DNA of 42,089 bases. It comes from a virus (taxonomy: Duplodnaviria; Caudoviricetes). Shown here one piece after another: positions 9,831 through 18,593 of this stretch. Each line of letters begins with the position of its first letter. The stretch's first letter is position 1. The notes beneath the pieces were generated by a model. The model made no database searches and had not been told where the DNA came from. It was given only the letters and a program-made list of their open reading frames with translations. Made by a program: the position numbers and the translations under genes. The stretch is from positions 1-42,089 of the IMG/VR virus record IMGVR_UViG_3300033232_000036; one strand, given 5' to 3'.

Positions 9831-9992
9831 ATGGCAAAACCAACAAATAAAGAAAAATATGAGCGCTTCGTAATTGATGGGATGGACGGCGTAACTTTTA
9901 GCCAGTCCCCAAAGTTAACACCGGCGCGGGCCAAGGCGAATGACGCATTGGTTGCAGCACGGCAGAAGAAGCAGGGCATCAAAACCAAGTAG
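9831..9992 (+). CDS. Small basic protein (53 aa), candidate immunity or partner of the MuF-ART
   Basis: Not in the supplied ORF track. Translated manually as MAKPTNKEKYERFVIDGMDG...KTK, with RBS GAGGA. Confidence 0.6.
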   Translation: MAKPTNKEKYERFVIDGMDGVTFSQSPKLTPARAKANDALVAARQKKQGIKTK

Positions 9993-10002
9993 TTCGTTCC
10001 AA

Positions 10003-10092
10003 CCGCTGTCTTCATATACACACCAATCAATTGAGGTAGTGTACAACAACCAACAAAAAGGTTGAACCAACATAAACGAGATGAGCAAAATG
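10003..10092 (+). promoter_or_regulatory. Dispersed early promoter-leader cassette, copy 2
   Basis: TTCATATAC box, core GTACAACAACCAACAAAAAGGTTGAACC (10041-10068), then AACATAAACGAGATGAGCAAAATG. Confidence 0.85.
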
Positions 10093-10260
10093 ATACAAGA
10101 AACCGAGATTTTAGAAGCATTGAAGGCAGCAATCCGTCATTTAAACGGCACACACGGGGCATACAGTTTAGGATACAATCGGGGGACGGTTGATGCATAC
10201 CAACACATTTTAAAATTAACAGATGAACAGATGCAACAACTTTACACAGCGGAGGCATAA
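10090..10260 (+). CDS. Hypothetical early protein (56 aa; paralog of 291-545)
   Basis: Manual translation MIQETEILEALKAAIRHLNGTHGAYSLGYNRGTVDAYQHILKLTDEQMQQLYTAEA. Confidence 0.75.
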   Translation: MIQETEILEALKAAIRHLNGTHGAYSLGYNRGTVDAYQHILKLTDEQMQQLYTAEA

Positions 10261-10263
10261 ACA

Positions 10264-10635
10264 ATGAGCGAATTACCTATAATTTCAAGTTATACGAGCG
10301 AACAGGCAGCAGAAGACGGGTATCTGTTAGACATTACAACAATAAACCCCGTTTGGGACAAGGGGATTTTTAAGTATGTTACAATGACCTTAATGGACGA
10401 GCATGGGTATGTAGACGGCGACGGCGAAGGGGAAAGTACGGTTAATATTCCAAACCTGCTTGACCTGCTTAACCAAGCGAACGAGATAGTACGCAAACAG
10501 TCCCACGGGTTCAAGGACATGAAGGAGCGGCTTTACACCGGCTTGGTAGAACTACCAAGCGCGCGCCGCCTCCGTATCTACATTGAGATGAACGAGCACG
10601 GCAAATATACCATAATGCTTCCCGAAGACAATTAA
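10264..10635 (+). CDS. Conserved viral hypothetical protein (DUF6573-like)
   Basis: N-terminal SYTxEQAxEDGxLxD and C-terminal TIMLPED pattern, recalled for this family. RBS GGAGG. Confidence 0.65.
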   Translation: MSELPIISSYTSEQAAEDGYLLDITTINPVWDKGIFKYVTMTLMDEHGYVDGDGEGESTVNIPNLLDLLNQANEIVRKQSHGFKDMKERLYTGLVELPSARRLRIYIEMNEHGKYTIMLPEDN

Positions 10636-10697
10636 ATCGCAGGAATTTATATCGGGGTTTTTGTTAAATGGGGCACTTAAAAGCCCCCGTTTCTACA

Positions 10698-10789
10698 AGC
10701 GATATCCTTATATACATACCAATCAATGAGAGCATGTACAACAACCAACTTAAAACGGTTGAAACAACACAAACGAGATGAGTAAAATG
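10698..10789 (+). promoter_or_regulatory. Dispersed early promoter-leader cassette, copy 3
   Basis: TTATATAC box, core GTACAACAACCAACTTAAAACGGTTGAAAC (10736-10765), then AACACAAACGAGATGAGTAAAATG. Confidence 0.85.
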
Positions 10790-10966
10790 GAAAATACACA
10801 AAAATTAATATGCCCAGAATGTGGCAGCGACGAAACTGGTTGGTCTTTCAACGACGACGATGAATTTGTAGCAGGCTGCGACAACTGCGAACACACATGG
10901 TTGATTAGGGCCCAAGAACAATACCGCCTTATCCAGCAGCAGGTTAGGGAAAAGCGGGGTAACTAA
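10787..10966 (+). CDS. Small Zn-ribbon protein
   Basis: CPECGS...CDNC, directly after cassette 3. Confidence 0.75.
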   Translation: MENTQKLICPECGSDETGWSFNDDDEFVAGCDNCEHTWLIRAQEQYRLIQQQVREKRGN

Positions 10967-10967
10967 A

Positions 10968-11144
10968 ATGACCGAGCGTTACGAATGCCCTGCCTGCGGA
11001 GAGAAGAACACAATGTGGCCCGTTTACGTGGGCCGCAAACGGTTTTATCGTTGTAGCGAGTGTGACACAAACTACTCGTCTAGGAAACTGGACAAGATTT
11101 GGGGAGCAAATCCGGCGCCAATCGTTACGGCGCTCGGCTGTTAA
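10968..11144 (+). CDS. Small Zn-ribbon protein (58 aa)
   Basis: Manual translation MTERYECPACGEKN...YRCSECDT, followed by a T-run. Confidence 0.7.
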   Translation: MTERYECPACGEKNTMWPVYVGRKRFYRCSECDTNYSSRKLDKIWGANPAPIVTALGC

Positions 11145-11238
11145 CTTTTTTTACAATAACCAAAACGGGCGAATGGGATTGGAAATGTTTAGACTGTTTG
11201 CATACGTGGGTTGAAGAAAATACAATGGAGGAACTAAA

Positions 11239-11397
11239 ATGAGTAAACATCATCAAAAGACACCAAGGGAACCACTCGGATTTAAGCCGGTTTTAAGGGC
11301 CATAGTGAGGATTGACTGCCCGACCTGCTCATACCCTAGGGGCATAAAGTGCGAGGACGGCGTGGTCATGTGTGGTATGTGTGGGGGGATACAATGA
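11239..11397 (+). CDS. Small Zn-ribbon protein (52 aa)
   Basis: RBS GGAGG, CPTC...CGMCG, and an ATGA overlap with the next gene. Confidence 0.7.
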   Translation: MSKHHQKTPREPLGFKPVLRAIVRIDCPTCSYPRGIKCEDGVVMCGMCGGIQ

Positions 11398-11804
11398 TAA
11401 ACCCAATATCTCCTCAATATCGGGGATTATGTGCGGACGGCACGTGGGCATATGGCAGGCTCACAATAGTTGATGACGGGCAGGCCAGCACCAATAAAAT
11501 TGAGGCGGGGTACTATATCTCGAACCATGCAGGCGCCCTCTATGCATACAACGTCATCCCTAAAACTGCGGGCGTGTTAACCTTGGTCAAGGACGCGCTC
11601 GGCGGGGATGTTTACGTTGGTGACCAGATAGAAACAGAAACGGTCATTGGGAAAGAGTTAATCCTGTGGACTGTTGGCATTGGGGCGAACGGGTGTTTTG
11701 TATGTACGAGCCCAGAGAAGCCATTTGGGATATTTTATCTCAACACCATCGCGGCAATAGGCATCGTTGTTGGAAATATACATGAACCGGTTGAGCAAGA
11801 CTGA
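11394..11804 (+). CDS. YopX-family protein
   Basis: YRG....W.YG.L, then KD..G.DVYVGD.I, then VVGNIHE. Confidence 0.8.
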   Translation: MINPISPQYRGLCADGTWAYGRLTIVDDGQASTNKIEAGYYISNHAGALYAYNVIPKTAGVLTLVKDALGGDVYVGDQIETETVIGKELILWTVGIGANGCFVCTSPEKPFGIFYLNTIAAIGIVVGNIHEPVEQD

Positions 11805-11814
11805 GGAAAATAAG

Positions 11815-12132
11815 ATGATATACCGAATAAGTGGGGATTTTATCCCCGAAACATTTAACGAATGCCAACAGGAACGATGCGAAAAGTGCGTTTATGTATC
11901 ATATGTGTGTCGGATACGGGTGCAAGGATTGATGATGATTGATTGTAGCACCTGCCAAACTCGAAACCTATTGGTAATTATGCGCGAAACCGCTGACATG
12001 TACGAGAAGCCGGCATTACTGCGTGGGTTTCTCCAAATTGCAAAATTGGCCAAAGAGGCAGATACAAAAGTTGACCGAAAGAGCGCGCGTTGGTTGGCTA
12101 TATTGGGCGGTCGCCGCGGCATGATACACTAA
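11815..12132 (+). CDS. Cys-rich hypothetical protein
   Basis: RBS GAGG, with CxxxxCxxC and CxxC motifs. Confidence 0.65.
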   Translation: MIYRISGDFIPETFNECQQERCEKCVYVSYVCRIRVQGLMMIDCSTCQTRNLLVIMRETADMYEKPALLRGFLQIAKLAKEADTKVDRKSARWLAILGGRRGMIH

Positions 12133-12149
12133 AAACATGGAGATATAAA

Positions 12150-12869
12150 ATGGAACAAACAGTAGACATTGAACAGGATTTCAAAATAGAACCGAACATG
12201 GCAGGCACCGAAGTTGAGGCCAGTGGCGAAATATATACAATGCGGGTAATGGAAGACCCCGATAAACAGGGGGGGTTCTTTGGGCGCTGGGTGCCAAAGA
12301 AGAAGAAGGGGCTAATAGTACAGACCCATATTAAGCACGGACCCGAGCCGAATGTTATATGGGCGGAAACAACCCTGTCGGAAATGGGCGCCGGTGGGGC
12401 GTCGAATGTGGTGTCAAGTAGGGTCAAAACGGCTGACGACATGGTGCTCGCTGTCAAGAAGGCAATTCAAACAATCGTGGGCGGCGCCGCTGAATTAATG
12501 ACCGATAAGCAATTAGGCCGGTTGATGCTTGGCTCGTTACGGCGCGCCGTGCACGATGGAGTATTGTCAGAAGCACTCGCAAAGCGTATTTTGATGGAGA
12601 GGGTGCAGATATCCGTCGCCGCCGTCGGTAAATATACAATCGTAGAGTTAACCCACGGCGGGCTCACGTTTCACGGGCTTGCATCACGGCACCCTGACGA
12701 CCCGATAAACAGATTTGAAGGGATTGGGCGTGCGTATTCAAGAGCATTTAATCAGTTATGTGCTCGACTTAAATTCGGGTACCGGCACGACATAATTCTA
12801 AGAATTAAGTCACAGGAATATACGATTACATCGACCGAACTCGAATCTTTAATCTCGAAGGACTGTTAA
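12150..12869 (+). CDS. Hypothetical protein with C-terminal Rv2632c/DUF1876-like (dsRBD-fold) motif
   Basis: GLASRHPDDPINRFEGIGRAYSRA matches the G.A..hP.D......G...A..RA pattern. RBS GGAGA. Confidence 0.6.
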   Translation: MEQTVDIEQDFKIEPNMAGTEVEASGEIYTMRVMEDPDKQGGFFGRWVPKKKKGLIVQTHIKHGPEPNVIWAETTLSEMGAGGASNVVSSRVKTADDMVLAVKKAIQTIVGGAAELMTDKQLGRLMLGSLRRAVHDGVLSEALAKRILMERVQISVAAVGKYTIVELTHGGLTFHGLASRHPDDPINRFEGIGRAYSRAFNQLCARLKFGYRHDIILRIKSQEYTITSTELESLISKDC

Positions 12870-12896
12870 CTATATTTCCCAGATGGGTGACTTGCT

Positions 12897-12987
12897 CCGA
12901 AAGGCTCATATACTTACAGGCTAATGAGAACATGTACAACAACCAACTTAAAACGGTTGAAACAACACAAACGAGATGAGTAAAATG
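12897..12987 (+). promoter_or_regulatory. Dispersed early promoter-leader cassette, copy 4
   Basis: CCGAAAGG BRE, TCATATAC box, core at 12934-12963. Core and downstream sequence are identical to copy 3. Confidence 0.85.
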
Positions 12988-13296
12988 GAAGTAAAACAAA
13001 TCACAGCAGCACGAAAAATCGTACAGGAAGAATTAGAAACACTATGCACCGAACTCGGTATTGCACCGAGTTTCGTTGTCGGTGTTGTACAGGGGCGCGG
13101 GGATGGTGACGGAGTATGGGTTGGAGTAGAGGTCCGCACAGACGGGGACTTATATGAGGCATTTTACGATGATTGGGTAAACCCATACGCCCTTGAAAGC
13201 CAAGAAGCAATCGCAACCAAGATAGACGAAGCGCTCGGTGGCGAAACGGGCCGGTACTTTGAAAAGTACGGTGGTGGGGTTATTTACATTTTTTAA
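12985..13296 (+). CDS. Hypothetical early protein
   Basis: ORF directly after cassette 4. Confidence 0.75.
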   Translation: MEVKQITAARKIVQEELETLCTELGIAPSFVVGVVQGRGDGDGVWVGVEVRTDGDLYEAFYDDWVNPYALESQEAIATKIDEALGGETGRYFEKYGGGVIYIF

Positions 13297-13355
13297 ATAT
13301 AACATCGGCGCGGCCCACACAGGCCCGCCCACATACAAATACGGAGGAACCTAGA

Positions 13356-13745
13356 ATGAACACAGACGCAATTCGCGACGCAGAAACAGAGGCGCTCGCC
13401 CTATCTATTGAATATGTAAAAATATCCGAAATGGCCCGCGCTATTAAAAGCCAAACCACAGCCGACATTGAGCAAGAATGGGAGGACACAGGAAACAAGG
13501 CCATGTCAAACGCAACCAAGCGCAATATTATTGTAGAAAAGGCGCTGAAACAAAGGAACGATTATAACCAGATGATAGAAGCGACACAAAAATTATCTAT
13601 CCGTCAGCGCGAACTTGATATTGAGATTTCGTTTCTTAAGCGCGAGTTTCGGCGCGAAACGGGGCACTGTGCCGAAATCCAAAACATTAATACGTCGTTG
13701 GAATCAATCTCGTCGGATATAAATATATTTTTACAACGAACTTAG
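13356..13745 (+). CDS. Coiled-coil hypothetical protein
   Basis: RBS GGAGG and helical, charged composition. Confidence 0.75.
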   Translation: MNTDAIRDAETEALALSIEYVKISEMARAIKSQTTADIEQEWEDTGNKAMSNATKRNIIVEKALKQRNDYNQMIEATQKLSIRQRELDIEISFLKREFRRETGHCAEIQNINTSLESISSDINIFLQRT

Positions 13746-13755
13746 GGGAATAAAC

Positions 13756-14064
13756 ATGGTGATAAACGCATTAGTGGACAGGTGTCCCGACTGCCAAGTT
13801 GCAGCGGGTCAGCCACACGCAGACAACTGTGACGTCGAGCGCTGCTCGGTATGTGGCGACCAGCGGCTCGGGTGTAACTGCGAAGGGCACGACAAGCAGT
13901 TCGCTCGATGGACTGGCATTTGGCCCGGAGTCGCCGAGGCCGCGCATCTTGGCATAAATTCAAACGAACTATATGAATCAGGGCTCGCCGCGGTGTTATT
14001 TATAAAACCGACTCCGGCTGACGCCGGCGAATGGTTTTTTTCAATTTCGGTACTTTCAACATGA
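13756..14064 (+). CDS. Cys-rich metal-binding protein
   Basis: RCPDC...H..NCDVERCSVCG.QRLGCNC...WTG.WPG. Confidence 0.75.
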   Translation: MVINALVDRCPDCQVAAGQPHADNCDVERCSVCGDQRLGCNCEGHDKQFARWTGIWPGVAEAAHLGINSNELYESGLAAVLFIKPTPADAGEWFFSISVLST

Positions 14065-14111
14065 CCTGATTGATTTAATTACTGGCGATGTGGTTACTGC
14101 GAAAATACTAA

Positions 14112-14498
14112 ATGACGACAATATTGCACGGGCGCGGGGGGCACTTAGAAGTTACGATGGAGCAAACAATGACAGAAAATGACAAGAGCGAACTATTATT
14201 TGAGAACGAAACGGCGATAAAACACGAACGCGGCGGTATGAATGGATGTCGGAATGGCCCGCCAAAGGGATATAAACTGCCCCCTAATAAAGGGCACCAA
14301 TTAAGGGAAAAGCGGTTGGTCGCCATAGTGCACTCTTTGGGGCCGGGAGTATGTAAGCCGACAGATGTATATGTTCAAGCTGGGGGGAGCATGTTCACAA
14401 TAACAAGACGGTTAGTTCGTTTAAAAAACAAAGGGTTAATCAATGGTGCAAACCCGCACAAACATTGGACGTTTTGGCCATTAGAGGAGCAGGAATAA
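14112..14498 (+). CDS. Hypothetical protein, possible C-terminal winged HTH (start may be 14157)
   Basis: PTDVYVQAGGSMFTITRRLVRLKNKGLI resembles a wHTH. Confidence 0.55.
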   Translation: MTTILHGRGGHLEVTMEQTMTENDKSELLFENETAIKHERGGMNGCRNGPPKGYKLPPNKGHQLREKRLVAIVHSLGPGVCKPTDVYVQAGGSMFTITRRLVRLKNKGLINGANPHKHWTFWPLEEQE

Positions 14499-14869
14499 TG
14501 ACACCACAGAGATTAAGGATACGGGCTCGCCAAGCCGCGCGGGTTGCTGCAATTAAACAAGACGAACTTCAGGCGATAGAGATATTGGAGGGCCTGCCAG
14601 ATAACCCGCGGATAATTCGTCGGGATGGAAGCAGCACATTCAGTATGAAAATGCGCGACCTTGGGAAGGGCATGACGTTAAGTCCGCGATATCATGACTT
14701 TCAATTTCAGTACGGCATTCTCATTGACATAATCAGAACGCGCGGCCTTGATTATTTCGTGGCTGTTATGGGAAAGATATGCAATAATCCCAGATTAAAC
14801 CATCGCGGCGAACTGATAATATTCCATAAAGAAGTGTTGCAAAACGTGTCAGAGGGGCTGGGATTATAG
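14498..14869 (+). CDS. Hypothetical protein
   Basis: TAATG overlap with the previous gene and RBS GGAG. Confidence 0.65.
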   Translation: MTPQRLRIRARQAARVAAIKQDELQAIEILEGLPDNPRIIRRDGSSTFSMKMRDLGKGMTLSPRYHDFQFQYGILIDIIRTRGLDYFVAVMGKICNNPRLNHRGELIIFHKEVLQNVSEGLGL

Positions 14870-14886
14870 CACTTAAGGCGGGCATT

Positions 14887-15231
14887 GTGTGCAAGGGAAC
14901 GAAGCGCATTCGTCTTATATGTCCGAAATGCGCGAGTGTGCAACTACATAAGAAGAAGGGCTCCGGTTTGTATGTGTGCAATCGTAACGGATGTACATGG
15001 TCGGGTTTGGCCCCTACAAAGTCTTTCCGGCTTTGGGGCGTATCGGGCCGGATTCCAAACATGGCCAACCCAAAGTCTAACAAATCTAGAGAAGACCGGC
15101 TAGAGGCGTTAAACACGGCTCATAAAGCCGACTTAGCGATAAATAAAAATCAATTGATGCACGAGTGTGATGAAACTGCTTATTTCGTGGCGCTGCATTG
15201 GAATAACTGGGTCCCCCCTCCAACTGTGTAA
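14887..15231 (+). CDS. Basic Zn-finger protein
   Basis: CPKCAS...YVCNRNGCTW, followed by a T-run at ~15240. Confidence 0.6.
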   Translation: MCKGTKRIRLICPKCASVQLHKKKGSGLYVCNRNGCTWSGLAPTKSFRLWGVSGRIPNMANPKSNKSREDRLEALNTAHKADLAINKNQLMHECDETAYFVALHWNNWVPPPTV

Positions 15232-15339
15232 ATAAGATACTTTTTTAACGTTGCAGCCCAATTTAGATTCGCCATTGTCGGCGTTCCATGGGCGGGGGTT
15301 AAACCCCCCGCTTAAATTTTTAAAAATTCACATCGGGCT

Positions 15340-15379
15340 TAAGGTGTTCTTAAATACAATAAGAATATTTATTAGGTAA
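15340..15379 (+). promoter_or_regulatory. Candidate late promoter for the head operon (leaderless)
   Basis: CTTAAATA box about 25 nt upstream of ATG 15379. A GC hairpin GCGGGGG-TTAAAC-CCCCCGC lies at ~15292-15311. Confidence 0.55.
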
Positions 15380-16536
15380 TGAGTAATGCGCAAACCCCTA
15401 GTCAATCATTTAATATTTTGAAGGCAGCGTCGATAGATAACCGTGTCCTAGTATCGGGGCCCCTGATTCAAATCGACGCGATTAATTCCAACGATTGGGG
15501 GATAGGGGCGAGCGAGGTTGACAATTATATCAAAGGGGTTGTCGGCGTTCCACTTAGGAAATGCTCAGGGATTGACGAAACCGCCAGCGAGCATTCGTGT
15601 GATTATAACTGGAACCCAAAGGACGATATCGGTCGTGTGATTGGGGCGAAGGTATTAGATGGCTGGATATACGTCACTGCGGAAGTAACTGATTCTATCG
15701 CACAACGGAAAATAGACGAAGGTACGTGGGATACCCAGTGGAGCGCTTTTTTGGCATACACCAAACAACACGCCTCTAAAATGGTTTCCGGCACAAAACC
15801 ACTATCGGTCACACTCGTCAAAGACCCTGCGTATGGAAGCAACGCGAAATTTACAGTAGATAGAAATTTGCTTAAGGAGGCAAATAGGATGACGAACGAA
15901 AAGTATTCAAAAGAAGATGTTGACAAGTTAGTCGCAGCGGCGGTCAGCGAATCAACCAAAAATTTACTCTCCCCCGCCGCCGCCGACAAACTCGTATCGG
16001 CTGCAATCGTAAAGGAGAGAGAAAAGATAACTGGCATGGTGCCAAAGACCGAGGTTGATAAACTAATTGCAGCAGCGGTCGAACAAGCAACCTCGAAGGA
16101 AGGGGGCGAGGGAACTATTACCAAGGGTGAAGTCGCTGCATTGGTGTCCGCAGCCGTGGCAAAAGCGGCAGAGGGAACAATTCCAAGAGCGGACGTTGAA
16201 AATTTAATCGCTGCATCTGTGGAACAAGCAAAGAATCAGACCATTGAAAGGCTGAAGATTGAAGCCCTTGCAACCGAGGTCGCCGACTTGCAGGTTTCCG
16301 CAGGTATCATCAAAGCCGATGAAAAATCAAAGGTTGTTGAAGGACATATGCTCAAATCAGCGGCAACGCTTGAAGCAGACAAGGACATGTTCGGCAAAGT
16401 AATTACAGCACTCGCATCAGCGGGCATCGCCGCGGTTGATAAATTCCGAGGCGCGCACATACAGACAGGCGGGGCCAACAAATCAGGATATACCGTCGGC
16501 AATTTCAATGACGGGAAATCATGGGGTGATGTCTAA
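15379..16536 (+). CDS. Prohead protease / scaffold protein
   Basis: The N-terminal beta-rich domain has H, IGRV, WS and SVTLVKDPAY. The C-terminal Ala/Lys/Glu helical region has five (V)xxL(V/I)xA(A)(V/I) repeats. It lies upstream of the capsid genes. Confidence 0.75.
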   Translation: MSNAQTPSQSFNILKAASIDNRVLVSGPLIQIDAINSNDWGIGASEVDNYIKGVVGVPLRKCSGIDETASEHSCDYNWNPKDDIGRVIGAKVLDGWIYVTAEVTDSIAQRKIDEGTWDTQWSAFLAYTKQHASKMVSGTKPLSVTLVKDPAYGSNAKFTVDRNLLKEANRMTNEKYSKEDVDKLVAAAVSESTKNLLSPAAADKLVSAAIVKEREKITGMVPKTEVDKLIAAAVEQATSKEGGEGTITKGEVAALVSAAVAKAAEGTIPRADVENLIAASVEQAKNQTIERLKIEALATEVADLQVSAGIIKADEKSKVVEGHMLKSAATLEADKDMFGKVITALASAGIAAVDKFRGAHIQTGGANKSGYTVGNFNDGKSWGDV

Positions 16537-17069
16537 TGGCATACACAGGATTCACAAAACCAACAAACCGAATTATCGGTGCGGGCAAACCGCTCGTTCA
16601 AGAACTTAAAATCGAAACTGCGACCAGTATGTACGCGGGCCGCCTAGTTAAAAAAGGAACAAACGACGATGACATTGTTGTAAATACTGCAAACAACTCT
16701 AGTCCAATTGGCTGGCTCGGGTGGGAACAGGCAAATCCGGCATTCAGGCCTAGCACGGTCGACACAATTTACGTCACTGATGCAATGGCCCCCGTCGTTA
16801 GTGGTGGCGGATTTACAATTGTCGCTCGCCTAGCATCAGGTCAGTCAGTTGTCAAAGGCGCTCCATTAGTCGCCGCGGCATCAGGCGAATTAACGGCAGC
16901 AACAATTACCAGCGTTGCAACAGGCGCAACAACTGTAACTTCAAGCGCGGCAAACGGTGCAATAATAACCGGCTCAATGTTGCCACAGGGCCCAATCGTG
17001 GGATATGCAGAGGAAACCGTTGATGCAAGCGGCGCGGCTGCTGACATCCTTGTAAGGAGTGTGATTTAG
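16536..17069 (+). CDS. Probable capsid decoration/cement protein
   Basis: Small Ala/Gly/Thr-rich beta protein just before the major capsid gene, ending in IVGYAEE..A....I.V. Confidence 0.7.
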   Translation: MAYTGFTKPTNRIIGAGKPLVQELKIETATSMYAGRLVKKGTNDDDIVVNTANNSSPIGWLGWEQANPAFRPSTVDTIYVTDAMAPVVSGGGFTIVARLASGQSVVKGAPLVAAASGELTAATITSVATGATTVTSSAANGAIITGSMLPQGPIVGYAEETVDASGAAADILVRSVI

Positions 17070-17936
17070 ATGGCAGACACAACTCTCCAAGAGTTTACAA
17101 CAAAACTTGATTCAAAACTCGTAGACCCCCTTCGCAGGGTACTAATTGGACGTCAACTCGTCCATGTAACTCCGCCGGCTGGATTCGGTGTGACCGCTGT
17201 AAATTGGTCAAAAATAAACGAAATGTCAGCTGGAATGGTTTCTTATGGATTTAGCGGCGGCAATTCCGATTCGCTTAATGCAGTTCCAACAACCGAAAAA
17301 GTACCCGTATATTGGAAGGATTACAGCGTTGACAGACGCATGTACGAGGGGTTCTTGATGAACGGCTATGATATTGACACAAGCACCGCGCTAAGTGCTG
17401 CATTCGTGGCCGCAAAAGTTGAAGACAGCGCAATCATCATGGGAGTAACGAACGACGGAATAAACTATGATATCAACGGGCTTTATCAGGGTGCAGGTTC
17501 TGATTATAGCACCGCCGCTGACTTCGCAACCCCCGGAAAGCCTACTGAAGCGGTTGCGGGGGCGTTAAACCTGTTTGATATCGCTGACATACCGTCCACA
17601 CTGCCATTCAATTTAACTTTGGCAAGTGTACAGTTCAACCAACTCCGCGCGCTCAGAAATACAAACGGTGTAAGGGAAATGCCAGAAGTGCTTGAAATGC
17701 TCAACGGCGGAACCATACGCGCATCAAATGCACTGGCAGCCGGTACAGGTCTTTTGACTCCAACACCCGAAGTCGGCGAACCGTATGTGGATTTCTATCT
17801 GACATCAGACTGGAAGAACGAGGTCGGCTTTGACAGCGAACACCCCGACACAGGCGACATGAGCGGGCGGGTATATAGTGCCGGCAAACTGCGAATCAAA
17901 CACTCTGTCGCGCTTTGTAAATTAAGTGCAATCTAA
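17070..17936 (+). CDS. Major capsid protein, HK97 fold (encapsulin/Linocin-M18-like)
   Basis: 288 aa with LIGRQLV, VPVYWKDYSVDRR, AAFVAAKVEDSAIIMG, INGL and terminal LRIKHSVALCKL. These patterns are typical of family-1 encapsulin-like viral capsid proteins. Confidence 0.85.
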   Translation: MADTTLQEFTTKLDSKLVDPLRRVLIGRQLVHVTPPAGFGVTAVNWSKINEMSAGMVSYGFSGGNSDSLNAVPTTEKVPVYWKDYSVDRRMYEGFLMNGYDIDTSTALSAAFVAAKVEDSAIIMGVTNDGINYDINGLYQGAGSDYSTAADFATPGKPTEAVAGALNLFDIADIPSTLPFNLTLASVQFNQLRALRNTNGVREMPEVLEMLNGGTIRASNALAAGTGLLTPTPEVGEPYVDFYLTSDWKNEVGFDSEHPDTGDMSGRVYSAGKLRIKHSVALCKLSAI

Positions 17937-17949
17937 GGAGGCACATAGC

Positions 17950-18297
17950 ATGACGAACGTTATAGACAATGGCGCGCCCGTCACCGTAAAAGTGCAAATT
18001 GAAATCTTGCAAACCGACGCAACCGGCGTCGATGCAATATACCGAGCAGGCGAAACATTTAACGTATCACTTGAACGGGCCAAGCAGTTCGGCAATTCGG
18101 TTGAAATCTTGACAGATTCGCAGGTCGAAGAACCTGCGCTCGTTTGCATCGATACACCCGTTGAGGCGGCTGTGGAAGCAGTAATTGAAGTGCCTGCTGA
18201 AGTGCCTTCCGATGTACCGGAAGAAACCGATGTACCGGAAGAAACTATAGATGACGTGCTGACGGCACCAAAGCCACGAAAGACCAAAACAAGGTAG
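17950..18297 (+). CDS. Small acidic Pro/Glu-rich virion-associated protein
   Basis: RBS AAGGAGG, YRAGETF..S.ERAKQFG domain, and a tandem 18-nt DVPEET duplication. Confidence 0.7.
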   Translation: MTNVIDNGAPVTVKVQIEILQTDATGVDAIYRAGETFNVSLERAKQFGNSVEILTDSQVEEPALVCIDTPVEAAVEAVIEVPAEVPSDVPEETDVPEETIDDVLTAPKPRKTKTR

Positions 18298-18320
18298 TCG
18301 CCTTCGGGCGGCTTTTATTT
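18296..18320 (+). terminator. Stem-loop (cUUCGg tetraloop) plus U-tract after the capsid operon
   Basis: AGTCGCC-TTCG-GGCGGCT-TTTATTT. Confidence 0.75.
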
Positions 18321-18344
18321 ATTCTAAAACATGGGGATATAAAC

Positions 18345-18593
18345 ATGGATGTTAACACCATGGACAGTTTTATAAAATTAGGAGCGTTGATTGTAACCTT
18401 TTTGACCATGCTGTATTCAGTGTCGCAGCGGGCCGCTAGGAAAATCTCAGAGGCGGAAGCGGCGGCGTTTGTGCGCGAAGTTAAATGGGCCATAAATGAA
18501 GAATCAGACGAAGGTTCACGGGTCACGGGCACCGAAGCGCTGCGTTTAATCGCAATGGCAGCAGATGCTTATTTATCACCCGCTGAAAAATAA
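18345..18593 (+). CDS. Small membrane protein (holin-like candidate)
   Basis: One hydrophobic helix, FIKLGALIVTFLTMLYSV. Confidence 0.55.
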   Translation: MDVNTMDSFIKLGALIVTFLTMLYSVSQRAARKISEAEAAAFVREVKWAINEESDEGSRVTGTEALRLIAMAADAYLSPAEK

